Part shown: positions 58,405-64,000 of the stretch, one piece after another
Layout: each line of letters begins with the position of its first letter
How positions within the stretch are numbered: position 1 is the stretch's first letter
DNA from: Thermoanaerobaculia bacterium
GTDB taxonomy: Bacteria > Acidobacteriota > Thermoanaerobaculia > Multivoradales > JAGPDF01
Assembly: GCA_963712855.1 (NCBI GenBank)
Contig: CAVQJN010000002.1
Location: 804,405-868,404 of the forward strand
Direction of reading: 5' to 3'
Length of the DNA: 64,000 nucleotides
Position numbers and translations under genes: made by a program
The notes under the pieces: generated by a model
The model's input: the letters and a program-made list of their open reading frames with translations, nothing else
What the model was told of the DNA's origin: nothing
Databases searched by the model: none

Positions 58405-60894
58405 GGGTAGTAGCCGCGCGCGGTACGGACGTCGGCACCGCGCCGGTGGACGCGCACCGTGACCTCGCGGAAGCCGTCACTCGGCGGATTGGAGGACTGA
58501 TAGGCGATCAAGTACTCGGAGCGTAGCTCGCGCTCGATCGTGCGATAGATCGGTCCGAGGGCGACCGCACGATCGATCCGGTAGTAGCGGCCGCCGGTCT
58601 CGCGCGCCAGGCGCTGGAGCAGCATGCCGGCTTCCGGCGGGCGAGCCGGGACGTGCAGGCCGACGACGTAGATCGCCACCCCGGTGCGGCGGGCATAGTC
58701 GAGCACCTTCTCGTAGCTGTACCTGCTCTTCGAGTCGAGGCCGTCGGTCAGCACGACGAGGGCGCGCTTGCCGTGGATGCCGCTGAAGTAGTGGAGGGCA
58801 TAGGCGAGGGCGTCCCAGAGCGCCGTCTCGCCGTCGGCCTCGAGGTGGGCGAGGCCGCCGGCCAGTACCTCGGTGCTGTGGGTGAATCGCACCGCCACGT
58901 GAGGCTCGTCGGCGAAAGTGATGACCGTGCCGCGGTCCTTGCCGGTCAGTACCTCGGAGAAGAAACGGAGCGCCGCGCTCTCCGCCTCGCTGCAGCTCTT
59001 CGGCCATCGAGGCCGAGGTGTCGAGCAGCACGCCGGCGTGGATCGGCAGGTCGGCGACCTTTTCGAAGCGCCGGATCTGCTGCTTCTTGCCGTCCTCTCG
59101 AACTTCCACCTCGCTTTCCTTCAGATCGTCGATCGGTCGCCCCCGGCGATCGAGCACGCTGGCGTAGAGCTCGACGAAGTCCACCTGCACGGCGGTCGAG
59201 AGGTCTCCGGCGCCGATCAGCTTCACGTCCTCGGCGGCGTCTCCGTCCACCAGGTAGGCGACGGCGCGGATCCAGGCCAGCTTGGTGCCGGCGGGCACCG
59301 GTAAGGACTGCGCGAAGGGGGGTTGGTAGAGGGTGGCGTAGAGCTTGTCGTCGACATAGAACTCGACGCGGTCGAGCGTCTCGTCCACGGGCACGTCGAC
59401 CTGGGCGCGTGCCACGACCCGTTCGGCGCCTGGCGGAATGTTCTGAGGATCGGTCAGGCGGAGGGCGAAGCGGTGCGGACCGCCATTGACCAGCGTCTCG
59501 TCGCGCGCCAGCTCGGTGCCGAACCCGTCGTAGGCGACGGCACCCACGCGATGCAGACGCAGGTTCGGCCCGAGGTCGAGCTCGACGTCGAACGGCGGGC
59601 GCAATTTGCGCATGATCGGCTTGCCGTCGAGCGTGAAGCCGACCGCGGCGATGTCGTCGCCTTGAGTGACGGCCTCGACCCGCGCACGGCCGGTCAGCAG
59701 GCGGTCGCCACCCGGGATGACCAGCCGCAACGAGGGCTCGGGTGCCGTGTCGGGGGCGCCGGCGTCGATCGCCGGGGTTGCCGGGGCCTCCGGCTTCGCC
59801 CGCGCCGTCGCCAGGAGCGTGCCGTCGGCTCCGACCACCGGCACCTCGAGGTCGCGTTCGTCGCGAAAGTAGCGGTCGTCGTCGAGCTCGTGCAGCTTGA
59901 CGATCAGGTGGTAATCACCGGGGCGCAGCGGTCGCTCGAAGACGAAGGGAGTCGTCGCACCGGGGGCCGCCTCGAAGCGGTAGCGGAAGTGATCGAACAG
60001 CTCGTCGCCGCGCAGCACCTCGCCGTCGACCGTATAGGCGTTCTTCGCGCTCGGGGGCTCTCCGAGGCGGATCGCGCCCTCGACCCGCGTCCGCAGACCG
60101 TGGCGGCCCGGAAAAGCCAGATCGAGTGCGGCCGGGAGCGTCTTCGCGCCCGCGGGGAGGTCGGTGGAGTAGGTCGAGAAGCTGTGCGCCCACTCGTCGT
60201 TCGGGTGCGGCATGAGCTCGCCCCGGGTCATCACCTCGTTCCAGTCGACCGCCACATCGAGCAGCGAGGCGATCTCGCCGCCGCGCGTGCAGTGGTCGGC
60301 GACCGACTGCAGGAGCTGCATCGGCGAGCTGCGCGTGGCGCCGGTTCCCATCGCCAGGGAGAACACGCCTTCATGCGGATCCCAGGCGCGGTACTCGCTT
60401 CGCTCGCTGAAGCTCTTCGCCACGAAGACCACGACGAAAGGGTTGCGCACCCGCCCGGCCAGGTCGTAGCGCCAGATCTCGGCCGGCCGGAGGAAGTCGG
60501 GACAGGCGACGCGGAGCGTCGAGGCGGGCTCGCCGGCGGCGGTATAGGCGAGGGCCCGCGCGTCCTCGAGGCTTCCCCAGCGCTCGATCGCCGCCGGAGC
60601 GCGTTTGCGCCAGGGGTCGGCAAACTCGTTGGCCGCGGTCTCGGGGAAGGGATCGCGCTCGCGCCAGAAACGGCTCTCGAATGCCCGTCGCTGATAGGCG
60701 TGACGGAGCGAGAGGTAGATCTCTCTCTCGACCGGCGTGATCAACGGCTGCGCGACCGCGAGGAACTCACGCGCCGCGGCGTCGGTGGCCGGGACCGCCG
60801 TCGGAGCCGGCGTTGGGCTCGGCGCTGGACCAGCCGCCACCGTGACCGCCGCGAGGAGCAGCCATCCGCCCATCTTCCACGTTCGGGCCGGCAT
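58401..60894 (-). CDS. VWA-domain secreted protein of the acidobacterial VWFA-related type, interrupted by a single frameshift
   Basis: The N-terminal ~630 aa are in ORF 58477..60894, up to VLLDTSASMAEELQ. The remainder (EAESAALRFFSEVLTGKDRG...THSTEVLAGGL...GETALWDAL...VVLTDGLDS...GYYP) runs in the frame of ORF 58401..58898 extended upstream. One extra nucleotide near 58989 separates the two frames. It is a paralog of 60942..63527. Confidence 0.75.
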
Positions 60895-60941
60895 GCGCCG
60901 ATCCTAGTCGGTTGGCGGCGGCTCCGCGAAACGGCGGAGCC

Positions 60942-63527
60942 TCATGGGTAGTAGCCGTGCACGGTCACAACCTTCAAGCCGGGGCGGTCGACCTTGACCT
61001 GGACGATCCGGAACTTGAGGTTGCGGTTGGTGTTGGTCGACTGGTAGGCGATCAGGTAGCGGGAGCGCAGCTCCTGCTGGATCGTGCCGTAGATCGCGGC
61101 GAGCTCGGAGGGGCTCTTGACGAAGAAGCTCCGCCCTCCGGTCTCCGCGGCGAGCGAGCGGAGCACCCGGCGGGTCTCGAGCTCGGTGCGTCCGATGTCG
61201 AGGCCGATCGTGTAGATGGAGACCCCGGCGCGGCGGGCGAAGTCGAGCGTCTGATCGAAGGTGAAGCGGCTGTTCTCGTCTTTCCCGTCGGATAGCAGGA
61301 GCATGGCGCGCTGCCCCTTGATGCCGTTGAAGTAGAAGAGCGAGAAGACCACCGAATCGTAGAGCGAAGTGCCGCGCTCGGCCTTGAGGCCGGCCAGGCC
61401 GGCCGCCAGGTCCTCGGTGCGGTTGGTCATCTTGACGGCCAGGAGCGGATGGTCGTTGAACGGGATCAGTGCGGCGCGGTCCTTGGGGGTGATCGTGTCC
61501 TCGAAGAACTTGAGCGCCGCCTGGCGGGCCGCGTCGAGGCGCGGCGCCATCGAGGCCGAAGTGTCGAGGAGCACCGCCACGTGGATGGGCAGGTTCTGCA
61601 CTTTCTCGAAGCGCGCGATGGTCTGCGGCACGCCGTCCTCGGCGACCGTGAAGTCGCTCTGCTGGAGGGTCGTCACGGGGTGCTTGTCGCGGTCGAGCAC
61701 CGCGGCGTAGAGCTCGACGTATTGGATCTCGAGCTCCTCCGAGAGTCCCTGTGGCGCGTTGACGAAGACGATGTCCTCGGTCGAGTTGCCGTCCGCTTCG
61801 TAGGCGACCGCGCGCACGTAGGCGAGACCGAGGTCGGAGGGAAGCCGAATCGGCGCCGTCCAAGGTGGCTGGTAGAGGGTCGCCACCAGATCCTCGTTCA
61901 GATAGAACTCGACGCGCTGCAGGGAGGCATCTTCGGGAACCTCGACCTGCGCTTCGGCGCGCAAGCTGCGGTTGTAATGGCGGCCGCGCTGCGGCTCGGT
62001 CAGGCGAATCGAGAAACGGTGCGGACTGGCGTTGAGGAGGATCTCGTCGGAGGCGACCTCGTCGCCCTTGCCGTCGAGCGCCTCGGCGCGCAGGGTGCGG
62101 GTCCGCGGCACCTCGCCGAGATCGAGCTCGACCGAGAACGGCGGCCGGTTCTTGCGCAGGATCTGCCGGCCGTCGAGCAGGAACTCGACCTCATGGATGT
62201 CCGGGCCGGTGCTCACGGTGTCGAAACGCACCAGGCCCGACTGGAATTCGCCCTGCGGCTGGATGATCTTGATCGTGTCGTCGAGGGTCGAGAGCGCCGC
62301 ATTGGCCTCGGCGAGGATCTTCGCCGTCTCGTCGTCGACGGTTCGTTGGGGCGCCTGGCGGATGTCCGGCACCTCGAGAGTCTGCTGGTGGCGGTAATAG
62401 GCGCCTCCGTCGAGGTCCTCCAGCTTCACGATCAGGGTGTAGGTGCCGGGGCGCAGCAGACGTTCGAAGACCAGCGGGATCTCCGGCGTGTCGACGCTCT
62501 TCGCGGGCATGTCGAACTTGTAGCGGAACGAGTCGAAGAGCTTGTCGCCGAACAGCACTTCGCCGTTGAGGAGGAAGTCGTAGGACTTGCGCCCCTCGAA
62601 CGACGCGGTGGTCGCCTTGTCGACCGGCACGGCCAGGGTGCCCTGGACGACGGTCCGGCTCTGCACCCGCCCCGGGAAGCCGAGTCGCAGGGTCGCCGGC
62701 AGCGGCTTGGCGTCGGCAGGCAGGTCGGTCGAGTAGGAGTTGAAGGTGTCGACCCACTCGCGCGACGGCGCCTCGATAGGTTTGAGAGCGCGCAGCATCT
62801 CGAGCGAGTAGCTCATCGCTCCCTTGCGGCTCACCGCCGAGATGGCGGCGGCGATCTGGTCGGTCTGTCGGCAGCTGTCGACGATCTGCTGGAAGAGCTG
62901 ACTGGGGTTCGACTGCACGGGCGGGAACTGGAAGAGGGCGCCCAGTCCTTCCAGGGGTTGCCACATCGTGTAGGTCCCCTGACCGAGCCGCTGGTAGAAG
63001 ATCAGCACCATGCCGTCGGGCAGACGGGTCGACTGCGCGTACGCCCAAACCTCGATCGGCCAGAGGCCGACACAGTGGCCCGCATTGCGGATCTGGGGCG
63101 GGCCGTTGAGCAGGAAGACCTTGGCGCGATCGCCGTCCAGCGAGGCGAACTCGGTCTTCGCTTGCGCGAGCCGCGACTCCCAGGCGTCGCGGGCCTCGTT
63201 GCGCGCCGTGTCGGGATAGGGATCGCGCACCTTCCAGAAGCGCTCGATGAAGGCGTCGCGCTGGTAGTCCTTCTCGAGCTCGAGAAAGCCGGCGATCTCC
63301 TCCTTGGAGATGATCGGGGCGACCTCGCGCAGCCACTCCTGGTAGGCGGGCGGCAGGCTCGCGATGAGCTTCCGCTGGCTCTCGGCCTTCTCCTTCTTGG
63401 ACCCCGCCTTCGGTTGCGGGCTCTTCGTGTCGTGAACCGGGCTCTGCGGCTCGCCGGCGGGGCCGGCGGCCGGGACGAGAAGCAGGACGCCGAGAGCGGC
63501 GAGCGGCAGCAGACGGGTGCGCGTCAT
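60942..63527 (-). CDS. VWA-domain secreted protein of the acidobacterial VWFA-related type (intact paralog)
   Basis: The ATG at 63527 gives the signal peptide MTRTRLLPLAALGVLLLVPAAG. The MIDAS-type motif is VLLDTSASM, with ...GTSLYDSV and ...LLLSDGKDE following. It is colinear with the upstream paralog through to the shared C-terminal HGYYP/RGYYP. Confidence 0.8.
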   Translation of the reverse strand: MTRTRLLPLAALGVLLLVPAAGPAGEPQSPVHDTKSPQPKAGSKKEKAESQRKLIASLPPAYQEWLREVAPIISKEEIAGFLELEKDYQRDAFIERFWKVRDPYPDTARNEARDAWESRLAQAKTEFASLDGDRAKVFLLNGPPQIRNAGHCVGLWPIEVWAYAQSTRLPDGMVLIFYQRLGQGTYTMWQPLEGLGALFQFPPVQSNPSQLFQQIVDSCRQTDQIAAAISAVSRKGAMSYSLEMLRALKPIEAPSREWVDTFNSYSTDLPADAKPLPATLRLGFPGRVQSRTVVQGTLAVPVDKATTASFEGRKSYDFLLNGEVLFGDKLFDSFRYKFDMPAKSVDTPEIPLVFERLLRPGTYTLIVKLEDLDGGAYYRHQQTLEVPDIRQAPQRTVDDETAKILAEANAALSTLDDTIKIIQPQGEFQSGLVRFDTVSTGPDIHEVEFLLDGRQILRKNRPPFSVELDLGEVPRTRTLRAEALDGKGDEVASDEILLNASPHRFSIRLTEPQRGRHYNRSLRAEAQVEVPEDASLQRVEFYLNEDLVATLYQPPWTAPIRLPSDLGLAYVRAVAYEADGNSTEDIVFVNAPQGLSEELEIQYVELYAAVLDRDKHPVTTLQQSDFTVAEDGVPQTIARFEKVQNLPIHVAVLLDTSASMAPRLDAARQAALKFFEDTITPKDRAALIPFNDHPLLAVKMTNRTEDLAAGLAGLKAERGTSLYDSVVFSLFYFNGIKGQRAMLLLSDGKDENSRFTFDQTLDFARRAGVSIYTIGLDIGRTELETRRVLRSLAAETGGRSFFVKSPSELAAIYGTIQQELRSRYLIAYQSTNTNRNLKFRIVQVKVDRPGLKVVTVHGYYP

Positions 63528-63599
63528 GACAGTCCTCAAGTCTCTCGCAGATGCGTGCAGATCCGGTGCCGGAGGGATCGACGAGTAGAATTCCCGCCC

Positions 63600-64000
63600 G
63601 TGCAGGGAGCCTACTTCGATCACAACGCGACGACGCCGCTCGATCCCAGGGTACGTGAGGCGATGCTGCCCTGGATGGGCGAGCGGTGGGGAAACGCCTC
63701 CTCGGCCCATCGTTTCGGCCAATCGGCCCATGCCGCGGTCGAGCGGGCCCGTGCCAGCGTCGCCGGACTCCTCGGCGCGCGGCCCGAGGAGATCGTCTTC
63801 ACGGCATCCGGCACCGAGGCCAACAACGCCGTTCTCCGAACCGCGCTGGCGGCGTGCGGCCAGGGCGGTCACCTGGTCGTTTCGGCGCTCGAGCATCCTT
63901 CCATCCTCGGCGCGGCAGGCGTCTGGGCGCCTGCGGTGGGGGCGACGGTGAGTCACGTCCTCCCGGACACCGACGGGGTGGTGCCGGTCGAGTCGTTTCT
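63600..64000 (+). CDS. Cysteine desulfurase (class V aminotransferase, NifS/IscS-like), partial; it continues beyond the window
   Basis: From the GTG at 63600 it reads VQGAYFDHNATTPLDPRVREAMLPWMGERWGNASSAHRFGQSAHAAVERARASVAGLLGARPEEIVFTASGTEANNAVL.... It is not in the ORF track because there is no stop before the window end. Confidence 0.8.
   Translation, partial: MQGAYFDHNATTPLDPRVREAMLPWMGERWGNASSAHRFGQSAHAAVERARASVAGLLGARPEEIVFTASGTEANNAVLRTALAACGQGGHLVVSALEHPSILGAAGVWAPAVGATVSHVLPDTDGVVPVESF

Overview
This is a high-GC bacterial window, roughly 70% or more by hand counts on a few lines. The gene content suggests an Acidobacteriota-like genome: two tandem VWFA-related acidobacterial-type proteins, ECF sigma/Ser-Thr kinase pairs, and FG-GAP and beta-helix surface proteins. 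That taxonomic call is inference; no searches were run, and all product calls come from motifs read by eye in the ORF track.

The window splits in two. (1) Positions 1-22.5 kb are a mosaic accessory region that ends at a tRNA-Ala(CGC) gene. It holds one near-complete but inactivated IS91-family (rolling-circle) element and three further fragments of it. It also holds four copies of a 205-208 bp ori-end module carrying a perfect 14-bp hairpin. A 5.2-kb lower-GC cargo block sits between direct repeats of the IS91 3' end; it carries VOC/glyoxalase genes, MarR, GFA, an intact IS5-family element, TfoX and a CPBP protease. Two direct copies of a plasmid RepA_C-type gene fragment bracket a further 4.2 kb. 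Gene fragments cut at repeat edges and a degenerate copy of the tRNA 3' end are also present. Embedded in this region are a Ser/Thr kinase-ECF sigma-FG-GAP-glycosyltransferase cluster, a GT2 gene and a beta-helix protein.

(2) Positions 22.5-64 kb look like core genome. They are dominated by an unusually complete phosphate/polyphosphate neighbourhood: pstSCAB-phoU, a porin, phoR, ppx, PiT plus DUF47, ppk1, CHAD, sixA and phoB, with Pho-box-like repeats. Interleaved with these are a dynamin-like GTPase, acs and an ECF sigma/anti-sigma/repeat-protein module. A DUF2007-kinase-M16-M16 operon, maf, the two VWA proteins and a partial cysteine desulfurase are also here.

One stretch stands out. In 23.6-25.3 kb a beta-CASP/MBL gene has its motifs spread over all three frames, with at least 12 frame changes. 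Several other genes carry single frameshifts, so local assembly or indel error must be considered throughout. No rRNA or CRISPR array was seen. Many long ORFs in the track are antisense or out-of-frame shadows typical of high-GC DNA.
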